From assembly GCA_026397045.1 (NCBI GenBank), contig JAPLVO010000006.1, positions 1,706-65,705 on the forward strand: DNA of 64,000 nt, read 5' to 3'. Positions 38,771-48,262 of this stretch are shown piece by piece. A model generated the notes under the pieces. It had not been told where the DNA came from and ran no database searches. It saw only the letters and a list, made by a program, of their open reading frames with translations. The stretch is from Patescibacteria group bacterium. GTDB taxonomy: Bacteria > Patescibacteriota > Saccharimonadia > CAILAD01 > BJGX01. Within the stretch, counting starts at the first letter, position 1; every line of letters starts with the position of its first letter. A program made the position numbers and the translations under genes.

Positions 38771-39112
38771 CTACTTACTAGCTTTTACAATTTCTGCAAA
38801 GGCCTTAGGTTGGCTCACTGCTAGCTCGGAGAGTATTTTGCGGTTTATAGAAATATTTGACTTTTTAAGGTCAGCTATAAAGATCGAGTAAGTAGTCTCG
38901 TTGATCTTAGCGGCAGCTGATATCCTTGTTATCCATAGGCTTCTGAAATCACGCTTTTTATTGCGTCGATCTCGGTACTGGTAACTTAGTGCCTTAATTA
39001 CAGCTTCATTGGCTTTCCTATAGGAGCTTCGTCTTATTTTGGAATAGCCCTTCGTGAGCTTTAGTATCTTCTTGTGTCGTTTGTGGGCTGTAACGCCTCT
39101 TTTTACTCTCAT
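38771..39112 (-). CDS. rplT: 50S ribosomal protein L20
   Basis: 113 aa; [23 protein letters not shown]... canonical L20. Confidence 0.95.
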   Translation of the reverse strand: MRVKRGVTAHKRHKKILKLTKGYSKIRRSSYRKANEAVIKALSYQYRDRRNKKRDFRSLWITRISAAAKINETTYSIFIADLKKSNISINRKILSELAVSQPKAFAEIVKASK

Positions 39113-39113
39113 G

Positions 39114-39308
39114 CTAAACTCCTAGGGCCCTTTTAATATTTCTTACATCAGATTCGGACGCAGGCATATCCATCGAGTAGGCTCGCTTGCGGCTGGCAGA
39201 CTTTTTAGTCTTAAGGTGCCCACGGGTAGCCTTAAGTCGCATCACTTTGCCGCTGGCTGTAATTTTGAATCTTTTGGCTGTGGTTTTACTTGTTTTAATC
39301 TTTGGCAT
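39114..39308 (-). CDS. rpmI: 50S ribosomal protein L35
   Basis: 64 aa; [24 protein letters not shown] canonical L35. Confidence 0.95.
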   Translation of the reverse strand: MPKIKTSKTTAKRFKITASGKVMRLKATRGHLKTKKSASRKRAYSMDMPASESDVRNIKRALGV

Positions 39309-39864
39309 TGTCTTTATCCTTTGTAGCCACTGGCTGGCTTGATTTGGTTCCTGCTTGCTTCGACATATTAACTACTATCGACATATCACGGCCTGTCATT
39401 ATTGGCCTTTGCTCTATTATGGCAATTTCATTGAGGCCTTCGAAGAACTTCATGATTACCGCTTCCCCTAGAGCTGGGCGAGCCATTTCGCGGCCTTTGA
39501 AGCGAGCGGTAATCTTGACCTTATTGCCGGCTTCAAGAAATTTTCGGGCTGCTCTTTGCTTCACCTCTATATCGTGCTGGCCTATCTTTAGTCCCATACG
39601 AACTTGCTTGACCTCTATATTGCGCTGCTTTTTACGGTTTTTGGCGGCCTGCTTATCTTGCTCATAAAGGTACTTACCCCAATCGAGGAGCTTACAAACA
39701 GGTGGGTCCGCATGGGGTGATATCTCGGCTAGATCATAGCCCTGATCCCTAGCTATATTTAGGGCTTCAGAAATTGGCACTACTCCAATTAGTTCAGATT
39801 CTGCGTCTAGCAACCTAACGGTTGACGCTGATATCTGATGATTAAGTCGAAGTCGTTTTTTTAT
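39295..39864 (-). CDS. infC: translation initiation factor IF-3, probably initiated at a non-canonical AUA codon
   Basis: IF3 N- and C-domains (EISPHADPPVCKLLDWGKY...). The frame is open upstream of the TTG at 39813 back to a TAA. Conserved N-terminal region RLNHQISASTVRLLD aligns to IF3 residues preceding that TTG. An ATA immediately follows the stop, with GGAG 8 nt upstream. Confidence 0.8.
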   Translation of the reverse strand: MKKRLRLNHQISASTVRLLDAESELIGVVPISEALNIARDQGYDLAEISPHADPPVCKLLDWGKYLYEQDKQAAKNRKKQRNIEVKQVRMGLKIGQHDIEVKQRAARKFLEAGNKVKITARFKGREMARPALGEAVIMKFFEGLNEIAIIEQRPIMTGRDMSIVVNMSKQAGTKSSQPVATKDKDNAKD

Positions 39865-39945
39865 TTAGATATCTCCATAAAAGCTCCGAATAATAGTAGC
39901 ATGAAAGTTCTCGGTTGGCAAGCAATAGCATCGGGCACTTATTTA

Positions 39946-40740
39946 TCAGTCAGTTTGATTGATTTTTCTGGAAATTAGTCGGATCTTTTTAGTAGATTTG
40001 CCGATAGTTACAGAATTCTTGTAGATTCTGCCGTAGTTATCAGTGATTTGGCCAATGGCTTGCACCTTAAAAACCTTGCCGTGTAAGCTAGCTATTACCC
40101 TAGAGCTAGTTGGCGCTTTAATAGAGATTCTCTTGATTAACCCAGCCAGGAGGTCCTTTTTAGATTTAGGATCTTGGGCGACAGAAGAACTCGCCCTGAG
40201 TTGGATCGGCTTTTTAATTAGGTATTGATTATCCGATATATTTTCAAACTCCAGTGTGCAGTCGGGCAATCTTAGATCCAGAGATGCGTCTACAGATAGG
40301 CCTATTGGCTTGGCGATGGCTGTATTAGGTTCAAATGATAGGGTAATATTATCGAAGAAATACCTGTTGCCAAGCGAATAGATAGTAACTTCATTTATTT
40401 TCCTTTGGGCTAAGGCCTCGATCCCAGATTTCCAGCTTTTAATTAGTAGCTTATGGCCTATATTCGAGGCGCCTGTGGGGATATATCCTATCGCAACATC
40501 ATGCGGAACTTGGCCAATTTGTCCGATTAAAGTTTCGAAATCTGAATCGCTACCAATAATCGCGATAGTATTAGTGGCTAATTTATCTATCCCAGATAAG
40601 ATCTGGCTAAGTTCGGCCTCGCTCGTAAAAGTCTTTATCGGGGCGGCAATATGAAGCCTTTTAAGCTCATCTGCGATATCCTTATCTACTTCCTCGGAGA
40701 TGGGGGAGCCGGAACTGGTGTTTTTAAGATATAAATACAC
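39946..40740 (-). CDS. diacylglycerol/lipid kinase catalytic-domain protein (DAGK_cat, YegS/BmrU-like)
   Basis: 264 aa; IAIIGSDSDFETLIGQI and GYIPTGASN motifs. Confidence 0.7.
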   Translation of the reverse strand: MYLYLKNTSSGSPISEEVDKDIADELKRLHIAAPIKTFTSEAELSQILSGIDKLATNTIAIIGSDSDFETLIGQIGQVPHDVAIGYIPTGASNIGHKLLIKSWKSGIEALAQRKINEVTIYSLGNRYFFDNITLSFEPNTAIAKPIGLSVDASLDLRLPDCTLEFENISDNQYLIKKPIQLRASSSVAQDPKSKKDLLAGLIKRISIKAPTSSRVIASLHGKVFKVQAIGQITDNYGRIYKNSVTIGKSTKKIRLISRKINQTD

Positions 40741-40743
40741 TGG

Positions 40744-41103
40744 CTAATTTCCAGCCGTTAATTTGGCATCTAAAAGTGCACCACTGTCAACGCTGATATT
40801 TTTAGATTTAGCGCTACCAGATAGCTGACCGCAACCTGATATATAGATGTTATCACTCGCCAAGATATCTGCCTTAGCTCGGCCTTCAATATTGGTAGCT
40901 CGACTACTTATAGTACCTGTAAAAGTCGAGTTTTTATCGAGCTCTACAACCCCAATTGTTACAATTGAGCCTTTGAAGTTGCCATCTATATAAACATCTT
41001 CATCAGTCTTGATATCTCCAACAGCATCTATCCCAGCCCCAATCATAAAGCCAGCGTAGCCTACTAAATCGGAAATATGACCCTTTTTTAATCTACCGAA
41101 CAT
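40744..41103 (-). CDS. bactofilin (polymer-forming cytoskeletal protein, DUF583)
   Basis: 119 aa; beta-helical repeat pattern with G/N/V-rich 8-residue windings. Confidence 0.75.
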   Translation of the reverse strand: MFGRLKKGHISDLVGYAGFMIGAGIDAVGDIKTDEDVYIDGNFKGSIVTIGVVELDKNSTFTGTISSRATNIEGRAKADILASDNIYISGCGQLSGSAKSKNISVDSGALLDAKLTAGN

Positions 41104-41106
41104 ATG

Positions 41107-41568
41107 CTATTTAATCTTCTTAATTGATGCCTGCCTTAACGCCTCATTCTCTTCTTTGGAGAGATGGTGCTGAGACTCACCACTTACAACATCTTTGGCG
41201 TATACCCTTGTTCCTGATCTGGCATGGACTGCTGAAATAACTAGCCCGCTATTGGAGTGATCCAAAAGAGCAATACAGAAGCTTTGGTCTCCGCCGGTAT
41301 CTCCAAATGGGTTGAAGCGTACTAATGCAACCCTAGAGAGTGCAAGCTGCTGAGTTTTATGTAGCTTAGCGGCAAAGCCCGCCAACTCATCTATTTGGGA
41401 TAAAGATTTATCTACATCAGAGGAGTAGTTTTTGATAAGCTCTTCAATTTGCTTGGCTTCAGCCCCCTTAAGAAACTGCCCATATTTGTTTCTTAGCTCA
41501 ATCTGCTGCCATAGAGTGTAGCCAGACAGCCCAGCGGATATAAAAAACAGTATAAAAATATATTGCAT
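41107..41568 (-). CDS. DUF4446-family membrane-anchored protein
   Basis: 153 aa; N-terminal TM; RVALVRFNPFGDTGGDQSFCIALLD...VISAVHARSGTRVYAKDV matches the DUF4446 core. Confidence 0.65.
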   Translation of the reverse strand: MQYIFILFFISAGLSGYTLWQQIELRNKYGQFLKGAEAKQIEELIKNYSSDVDKSLSQIDELAGFAAKLHKTQQLALSRVALVRFNPFGDTGGDQSFCIALLDHSNSGLVISAVHARSGTRVYAKDVVSGESQHHLSKEENEALRQASIKKIK

Positions 41569-41673
41569 ATTTAGCTCTTTCCTTCTTAGTACCGATTATA
41601 GATCGACAGCCAGCACTTGGCAACTTATCATTCTGGGATTACAATATATCCTAAGACAAGGAGGCAAAATATA

Positions 41674-41985
41674 ATGTCTAAACGCAAGAAACACACTAAG
41701 AAAGCCCGTAAGCATAGTAAGCTCGTAGTAAATAATACAACACAAGCCAAGGCTAGCTCTGGCGATACATCGATATCATCTAAATCCGATACAGTACCAG
41801 CTGTCCAAAAAGCCGAAGTGCCTAAAAAATTAGAAGCCTATAGCGACAATCCTATAATGGCGGATGTGAAGTACAGTCTGTTTCTCACGGGGCTAATATT
41901 CGCAATTTTTATTGTGCTATTTTTGGCGATGCGCAATGAATCGGTGGCAAAATCATTTTATGGCATAATCAAGATCAACATCTAG
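41674..41985 (+). CDS. hypothetical small protein, Lys-rich N-terminus, C-terminal TM anchor
   Basis: ATG at 41674 preceded by AAGGAGG (41658-41664); 103 aa. Confidence 0.5.
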   Translation: MSKRKKHTKKARKHSKLVVNNTTQAKASSGDTSISSKSDTVPAVQKAEVPKKLEAYSDNPIMADVKYSLFLTGLIFAIFIVLFLAMRNESVAKSFYGIIKINI

Positions 41986-41990
41986 AGGCT

Positions 41991-43487
41991 CTAGACCCGA
42001 TACTGTAGGGCTTCTGCAATGTGCCTCGCACCGATATCGTTAGACGCATCTAGATCTGCAATAGTGCGCCCGACCTTAAGCACTCTCATGTAGGCACGCG
42101 CCGATAATTTGAGGTTGTTTATTGCTTGGTCAAGCAGGCCTATAGCTTTAGTGTCGAGCTGGCAGAACTTCAGGATTTGCTTATTATTCATCTCGTTATT
42201 AGTGGTTATTTTTTCTGATTCAAATCGCTTCGATTGCAGATCTCTGGCTCTGGACACCCTTTTTGCGACATCCGAGGAAGATTCAGCTACAGGGGCCTCT
42301 AGGAGTTGTGACTTTTTTACTCTTACTAAATTTACCACGAGGTCTAGCCTGTCTAGGAGCGGCCCAGATATTTTGCTGCCATATCTCTGAACCTGAGATG
42401 GGCTGCAAGTACAACTCATGTCTTGATCGCCCGCATAACCACAGGGGCAGGGATTTTGGGCGGCCACTAGCAAGAACCTGGCGGGGTAGCTTTGGGAGGT
42501 GGCGGCTCTAGAGATAGTTACCTTGCCTTCCTCTAGCGGCTGCCTAAGAACTTCTAGTACATTACGGGCAAATTCTGGCAGCTCATCTAGAAACAGAACG
42601 CCACGGTGGGCTAGGCTAATTTCGCCGGGTCTTGGCCATTGGCCACCACCTATAAGTGCAATATTGCTGGCAGTATGGTGTGGGTTTCGATAGGGCCTAG
42701 AAGACACGATATCGTCACAAGATTGACCAGCAACGCTGTGAATCTTGGTGATCTCAATAGATTCTTCATAGCTAGGCGCGGGTAGCAAACCAACTAGTGC
42801 CTTGGCTAGCATCGACTTGCCGGACCCTGGAGGCCCACTCATTAGGATATTATGATTACCGCTTGCTGCGATTTCGACAGCTCGCTTTGCCTGGTATTGG
42901 CCATAGATTTCTGATAAATCAACCTCTGCGGTTGTCGTAGAGGAGCAGATTTTGGTAGTTGGCAATGGAGTGATGGTTGATTCGCCGATTAGGTGCCTGT
43001 AGAGCTCATGGAGTGAACTTACTGGATAGATGGTAATCCCTTCTACTAGCGCCGCCTGGGTAGCGACATCTGCCGACACATACAGCTCAGTTATTCCATT
43101 GGCCTGACAGGCCTGAGAAGCCGCCAAGGCTCCCGGTATGGCTCTAGTTGAGCCATCTAACCCGAGCTCTCCAAGAAAGGCCGAGGACTGCGCTATGGTC
43201 GCTACCTGCTTGCTAGCCCACAAAAGACTTACCGCCATGGCTAAATCAAAGCCCGAGCCATTTTTAGGCATATCGGCAGGTGCCAAGTTTAAAGTAATTT
43301 TCCTTGGCGGCAAATTAAGATTGGAATTCTTTATTGCTGAGCGAACTCGCTCTTTTGCTTCGTCGACAGCCTTGTTTGCCAGACCAACGACTATAAAGCC
43401 GGGTAGACCGTTGCTCATATCCGCCTCCACTTGAATTAATTGGCTATCTAATCCGATATTTGAAACAGTATTTACCTTAGCTAACAT
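41991..43487 (-). CDS. YifB/ComM-family Mg-chelatase-like AAA+ ATPase
   Basis: 498 aa; N-terminal Lon-protease-like ChlI domain, Walker A GPPGSGKSMLAKA, Walker B VLFLDELPEF, C-terminal Mg_chelatase_C. Confidence 0.9.
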   Translation of the reverse strand: MLAKVNTVSNIGLDSQLIQVEADMSNGLPGFIVVGLANKAVDEAKERVRSAIKNSNLNLPPRKITLNLAPADMPKNGSGFDLAMAVSLLWASKQVATIAQSSAFLGELGLDGSTRAIPGALAASQACQANGITELYVSADVATQAALVEGITIYPVSSLHELYRHLIGESTITPLPTTKICSSTTTAEVDLSEIYGQYQAKRAVEIAASGNHNILMSGPPGSGKSMLAKALVGLLPAPSYEESIEITKIHSVAGQSCDDIVSSRPYRNPHHTASNIALIGGGQWPRPGEISLAHRGVLFLDELPEFARNVLEVLRQPLEEGKVTISRAATSQSYPARFLLVAAQNPCPCGYAGDQDMSCTCSPSQVQRYGSKISGPLLDRLDLVVNLVRVKKSQLLEAPVAESSSDVAKRVSRARDLQSKRFESEKITTNNEMNNKQILKFCQLDTKAIGLLDQAINNLKLSARAYMRVLKVGRTIADLDASNDIGARHIAEALQYRV

Positions 43488-43631
43488 AATTTAAACCCCC
43501 TTGTTTATAACCATATTATACAAACAAAAAGCGAAAATCAAGCCTAATATACATTTTTGGTAATTATTAGTCAGAGATTAGGAGTTGTTAGGCTGGGTAT
43601 AGAGCCAAAGCGTTCAGTAAATAGGCTGCGC

Positions 43632-44726
43632 TTAGCTAGCGTACCACTTGGCAGCAGACTCTGGCGGTACGGTGTTAATAACTATGCCCGTGGAGACCTC
43701 CAGACCACCCCATATGCTACTTCGTCCATATATTTTGATTGCACACCGGTAGTGAGGGCTAGTTCCATTTTCTATGAATAAGTTATAACTTATTTGCGAA
43801 TCGGTCAGCTTGGATGTTAAAGTTTTTAAGTATTTAGCGCAAGACTCGATTTGAGAAGTATTCAGCTGATCAAAAGTAGTGGCATGTTGCTTAGGAATTA
43901 GCCATACCTCGAAGGGGTACTGCGATGCATAGGGGCAAATTACAATAAAGTGCTCATCCTCCGCAACAATGCGTTTGTTCTGGGCTTTTTCATAGCTAAT
44001 TATATCTTCAATAGGTTGCTTTTTTTTATCAGTATAGTACTGCTCGATTTCTCTGGAGCGCTCAATGTATCTTTTAGGCACAATCGGTAGGGCAAATATT
44101 TGAGAGTGGGCATGAGCAAGACTTGCCCCTGCTTCAAAGCCATCGTTTTTAAATACTAGAACATAGGCAATATCTTTGTCTTGCATTAACTCTGTTATCC
44201 GAAGCTGATAGACCTGGAGGACTCTTTTAATTTGGGCTAAAGACAGGTGAGCAAAAGCTACATTGGCCAGAGGGGTGTCGACTACTATCTCTTGGGAGCC
44301 ATATGCGCCAGAGTTATCCTTAGTAAGCGCTGGGAAGCGATTGGCAACCACCTTCACCAGCCAGTCTTGCCCACCCTTGAGAGTATAGACCTCCTTTTCA
44401 AGATCTAGTCTAGGGCTTTCGGCAGTCTCGATCAGCGGATGGCGATTTTTCTTAGTATCGTATGGTCGCTTGCCTCTTCCGGGCGATATTATGACATATT
44501 CATCAAACAGGTAGTCGCGCCTGATTTCAGTCTGGATTCCCCCTATATCCAAAAACATAGGTTTGCACTGCCATGCGTCACCGGGGTTGATTTTATCGGT
44601 GTTAATCTCGCAAGTAACATAGTCTACGAATGAATCATCGTAGCCGGACTTCAGGGGTTGAGCAGGGGCCTTGACGGGCCTATGTAGGTGTTGGGCCGAT
44701 TTAGGGCTACTTTTAGCTTTATTCAT
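43632..44726 (-). CDS. galactose-1-phosphate uridylyltransferase-like protein (HIT superfamily nucleotidyl transferase)
   Basis: 364 aa; tandem half-HIT domains with ASLAHAHSQIF (HxHxQ) motif. Confidence 0.65.
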   Translation of the reverse strand: MNKAKSSPKSAQHLHRPVKAPAQPLKSGYDDSFVDYVTCEINTDKINPGDAWQCKPMFLDIGGIQTEIRRDYLFDEYVIISPGRGKRPYDTKKNRHPLIETAESPRLDLEKEVYTLKGGQDWLVKVVANRFPALTKDNSGAYGSQEIVVDTPLANVAFAHLSLAQIKRVLQVYQLRITELMQDKDIAYVLVFKNDGFEAGASLAHAHSQIFALPIVPKRYIERSREIEQYYTDKKKQPIEDIISYEKAQNKRIVAEDEHFIVICPYASQYPFEVWLIPKQHATTFDQLNTSQIESCAKYLKTLTSKLTDSQISYNLFIENGTSPHYRCAIKIYGRSSIWGGLEVSTGIVINTVPPESAAKWYAS

Positions 44727-44759
44727 ACCTCTTATGTTATCAATCTTTGAGTGTAAAGG

Positions 44760-46004
44760 CTATATTAATCGATAAAGTTGGCTGTATAAAGCTACTAGCT
44801 TTTTTGTCTGTTTTTCTATAGTCATAGACATCGCTAGCTTATGAGCCGTCTGGCCGTATTTTCTTGCCAGGACAGGGCTATTAATTAGCTTAGTGCATGA
44901 TTCTGAAAAGCTTCTAATGGTGTTTTTGGCCTGGATTCCTGTAATTTTGTCCTTGGCCAGAGGAGATATATCCGCATCAATGAATATTATCGGCTTACGC
45001 TCTATCGCGGCTTCATTTAGGACTAAGCCCTGAGTGTCGGTCATGGATGCAAAACAGAATATGTCAGCTGCCTTAAAGCAGGCAAATGTCTTGTCGCGAT
45101 CAAGCATCCCGGTGAATATTATATTTTCAGTTAGATTAAGTTCTGAAGCCAGGTCCTTCAGATCGCCACTGTAGGGGCCATCACCAACCACCATCAGCTT
45201 TGCATTGGGATTTTTGTCAATAATCTTGGGCATACTCTTGATTATTAGCTGAATATTCTTCTCTTTACCCAGGCGACCAACAAAAAGTAGTAGAGGGTCG
45301 TCATCCTCAACATTAAAGACTTTCCTAGGTTTAAAATTTGTTTCAATTTTAGTCTCTTCCAGATCTATGCCCGTTGGTAGCACATGTACACTGTCGAATT
45401 TACCGTAATCGTTAAGAGATTTTTCCATCTTTTCTGAGGGGACTATCACCATGCTGCAGTTTTTATAAAACAATCCAACACTCTCCACGATTAACTTTCG
45501 GTTCCATTTCTTGAGGGACTTGCTAGGCTTAAGGCTCGGGATTAATTCTTTATATTTATCGGCTGACTTCATGAGCGCAGGCGCTAATAGTATTCCAACG
45601 AGAATACCTAGCATTATTTTCTTGTAAATCTTAGCGTACTGGTCTATGTCTGTATGGTGGGTTACGACGGTAGGGATATCATCGTCTTTTGCAATTCTCA
45701 TACCAAGCATCCCGACTTGAGCAGGGGTGTGTATATGGATTATATCGAGATTATGAGATTTGACCTCTTTGATTATTGTCGAGGTGAAGGGCATGGTGTC
45801 GCGGTGGTCTTCATACCAGATACTAGGGAATGATCTGAAACGCACTATATAATCTGGGTCTGGCTTATCGCGATTCGGGGATTCAGGGCAAAATATTACC
45901 ACTTCATGGCCCAGCTTAATTAGTTCTCTGGCGAAGAGATCCACCGATACAGCTACTCCATCTACTTGTGGGTAGTACCTGTCAGTAAAAAACCCTATCT
46001 TCAT
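44760..46004 (-). CDS. family-4 glycosyltransferase
   Basis: 414 aa; GT-B fold, C-terminal FASMTDTQGLVLNEAA (E-x7-E region). Confidence 0.75.
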   Translation of the reverse strand: MKIGFFTDRYYPQVDGVAVSVDLFARELIKLGHEVVIFCPESPNRDKPDPDYIVRFRSFPSIWYEDHRDTMPFTSTIIKEVKSHNLDIIHIHTPAQVGMLGMRIAKDDDIPTVVTHHTDIDQYAKIYKKIMLGILVGILLAPALMKSADKYKELIPSLKPSKSLKKWNRKLIVESVGLFYKNCSMVIVPSEKMEKSLNDYGKFDSVHVLPTGIDLEETKIETNFKPRKVFNVEDDDPLLLFVGRLGKEKNIQLIIKSMPKIIDKNPNAKLMVVGDGPYSGDLKDLASELNLTENIIFTGMLDRDKTFACFKAADIFCFASMTDTQGLVLNEAAIERKPIIFIDADISPLAKDKITGIQAKNTIRSFSESCTKLINSPVLARKYGQTAHKLAMSMTIEKQTKKLVALYSQLYRLI

Positions 46005-47068
46005 ATATTTTTATCCAGGAAGCTGAGGTATATTTTTTCTATATTTTTCATAACTGTTTTGGTGTCATAGGCCTGAGCAATGTGTTTGGCCTTGTCTTGA
46101 GATCTACTATAGAATACCTTGTCGCTGGCGAGTTTTTTGATGGTTCGCACAAATCCGCTATCATTAGAGGCCTCTTCATACCAGTCTTTGAAGGTGAGGC
46201 GGTATTGATCGTTATTTCTTAAAAGTACAGGCAGGCCTGCGGCTGCACCTTCAATAATTACGATTCCAAAAGTTTCTTGTTCTGAGGGAAGGAAAAATAA
46301 ATCAGAAGCCTGATAGTATGCTGTAACATCCTCGTGCTTAATAACTCCTGTAAAGTGAACATTAGCGGGAGCATTACTCATCATTTTTTGCATTTCAGAG
46401 TAGTTAGCGGCAGCGTGCTTAAAAGGTATGCCACCGACCCAAATAAATTCCATATTCGGCAAGCTCTTTGCGCAAGCCATGAAGCTGTCGACTCTTTTTC
46501 GGGGCTGGACTTGGCCATTACAGACTATTACAAATTTATCCTTGCTAATCTTTAGAAGTTTGCGAGCAGCAGCTTTTTTGGCCGGAGTATTGGCATAATC
46601 AGAAGTTTCAATCATGTTGGGCACAACATAGGTGGGTTTTTTAACGCCCAATTTTTTGAGCTGGTCTTCTACTTCTTGGCTAACGGCGAATATTCCATCG
46701 GCACGGTTATAGAACCACCGGAGGTATAGTTTAGCTAAGGGGTACCATAACCTGGCACCGACTAGGCTACCAATAAAAGAATCAGGCACAACATGTGCAG
46801 AAACAAACTTGATGCTGCCCCTTGATAGCAAGAATCTTATTCCATAAAAACCGACAGTGTGTACATGTATTATATCGGCCTTAAAGTTTTTTTGGTTGGT
46901 ATGTACCTCGAACTCTGGCGTGTACTTTTTCAGGCCTGCGAGGTGTTCGGTATAAGCTGTGTGGACGCCATGCCCCTGCACTGTGAATGCACTGTCGGAA
47001 ATTACATTAATGGTGTATTTTTTATTCATAATACAGTCTATTATTACATTTTTATCCTCATCGGGCAC
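46001..47068 (-). CDS. family-4 glycosyltransferase
   Basis: 355 aa; LPSEQETFGIVIIEGAAAGLPVL motif. Confidence 0.75.
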   Translation of the reverse strand: MPDEDKNVIIDCIMNKKYTINVISDSAFTVQGHGVHTAYTEHLAGLKKYTPEFEVHTNQKNFKADIIHVHTVGFYGIRFLLSRGSIKFVSAHVVPDSFIGSLVGARLWYPLAKLYLRWFYNRADGIFAVSQEVEDQLKKLGVKKPTYVVPNMIETSDYANTPAKKAAARKLLKISKDKFVIVCNGQVQPRKRVDSFMACAKSLPNMEFIWVGGIPFKHAAANYSEMQKMMSNAPANVHFTGVIKHEDVTAYYQASDLFFLPSEQETFGIVIIEGAAAGLPVLLRNNDQYRLTFKDWYEEASNDSGFVRTIKKLASDKVFYSRSQDKAKHIAQAYDTKTVMKNIEKIYLSFLDKNI

Positions 47069-47092
47069 TACCTAAACGAATTTATTTATAAA

Positions 47093-48259
47093 TTACTTTA
47101 TAACTAATCTGTAAATTTCCTCGAATTGGTCTAATGTTGCTCGGTTAGAGTGCCTGGAGGTTACCTTGAGCAAGCTAGCTCGGCCAAATTTATCCATTCG
47201 CGCCTGGCTGGATGTTAGCTTGGATATTTTTACAGCCAAGTCATGGCTATTTCCAGGCTTAAACAAGTAGCCATTTACACCAGAGTCAACCAGCTCCGGT
47301 AGGGCGGTGCTATTAGCCGCTATAATTGGCTTAGAGCAGCTCATAGCTTCTAGGGATACAATGCTTTGTAACTCCGATGGGGAGCTTATAACAAATACGC
47401 TGCCAGCCTTAATAAGGCTAGCTTTTATTAAATCTGGGACATATCCAGTAAAAGTAGATTTTTCGTAAATGTTGAGCTTTTTGGCTAGCTTCTTAAGTCT
47501 TGATTCATCATTGCCTCGTCCCGCAATCACTAAATGTAGATCTGAATTGAGCATTGCCTCCGCTGCAGCCCTTACTATCACATCTATATTCTTTTCCTTA
47601 TCGACTCTTCCAAAATAGAGAACTACTGGCCGGTTCGACGGTATATTGTATCTAATCCTGGCTTTACTTGCAGTGGCCTTGGAGTAGCTAGCCACATCTA
47701 CGCCGTTACTTATAGCCCGCATAGGGCCTTTTACATTATGTTTGCGCAGAAGATTGATAGCTGTAGGGGTCGGTGAAGTTAGGAAGTCTACTTTTTTGTA
47801 GTACCATCGGATGTATTGCCAGCAAATTGCATCGAGCGATTTATAGGCAAAGTGCCTAGGCTTTAAGCCTAGATTATATAACAAGTTCTCAGGCATAAAG
47901 TGGTTTGTAGCGATGATCGGGATACCTCTTCTCCGGGCTGCCCCAATACTCAGCAGGCCCATTAGGGTGGGGAAATGAATATGGATCACATCTGGTTTGC
48001 TTTCCTCAAATATTCTCCTAGATCTAAAAAATGGGAAAAAGCTCATTCTAGATTCTAGGTGCAGCAGAAACGGTATAGATTTCTCTCGGTATATTATAGA
48101 TATTTTGTCTTTTTGTTTGAAGCTATGGAGTTTGCGGCCTGGTGCCCAGACCGAAACAGAATTACCATCACTACATAGCCCCTGCACAAGTCTACGGGTA
48201 AATTGCGCACCCCCATCAGGGTTAGGCCAATAAGACTCTGTAACTAGCAGAACCCTCAT
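47093..48259 (-). CDS. family-4 glycosyltransferase (paralog of 48263-49438)
   Basis: 388 aa; SSPSELQSIVSLEAMSCSKPIIA motif; similar along its whole length to the next gene. Confidence 0.8.
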   Translation of the reverse strand: MRVLLVTESYWPNPDGGAQFTRRLVQGLCSDGNSVSVWAPGRKLHSFKQKDKISIIYREKSIPFLLHLESRMSFFPFFRSRRIFEESKPDVIHIHFPTLMGLLSIGAARRRGIPIIATNHFMPENLLYNLGLKPRHFAYKSLDAICWQYIRWYYKKVDFLTSPTPTAINLLRKHNVKGPMRAISNGVDVASYSKATASKARIRYNIPSNRPVVLYFGRVDKEKNIDVIVRAAAEAMLNSDLHLVIAGRGNDESRLKKLAKKLNIYEKSTFTGYVPDLIKASLIKAGSVFVISSPSELQSIVSLEAMSCSKPIIAANSTALPELVDSGVNGYLFKPGNSHDLAVKISKLTSSQARMDKFGRASLLKVTSRHSNRATLDQFEEIYRLVIK

Positions 48260-48262
48260 AAA

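Noticed and set aside
43557-43781. 74-aa plus-strand ORF and possible ncRNA in the comM-galT region
   Set aside because: Most of it lies inside the well-supported minus-strand GalT-like CDS. The remaining 75-bp intergenic stretch shows no conserved RNA motif.
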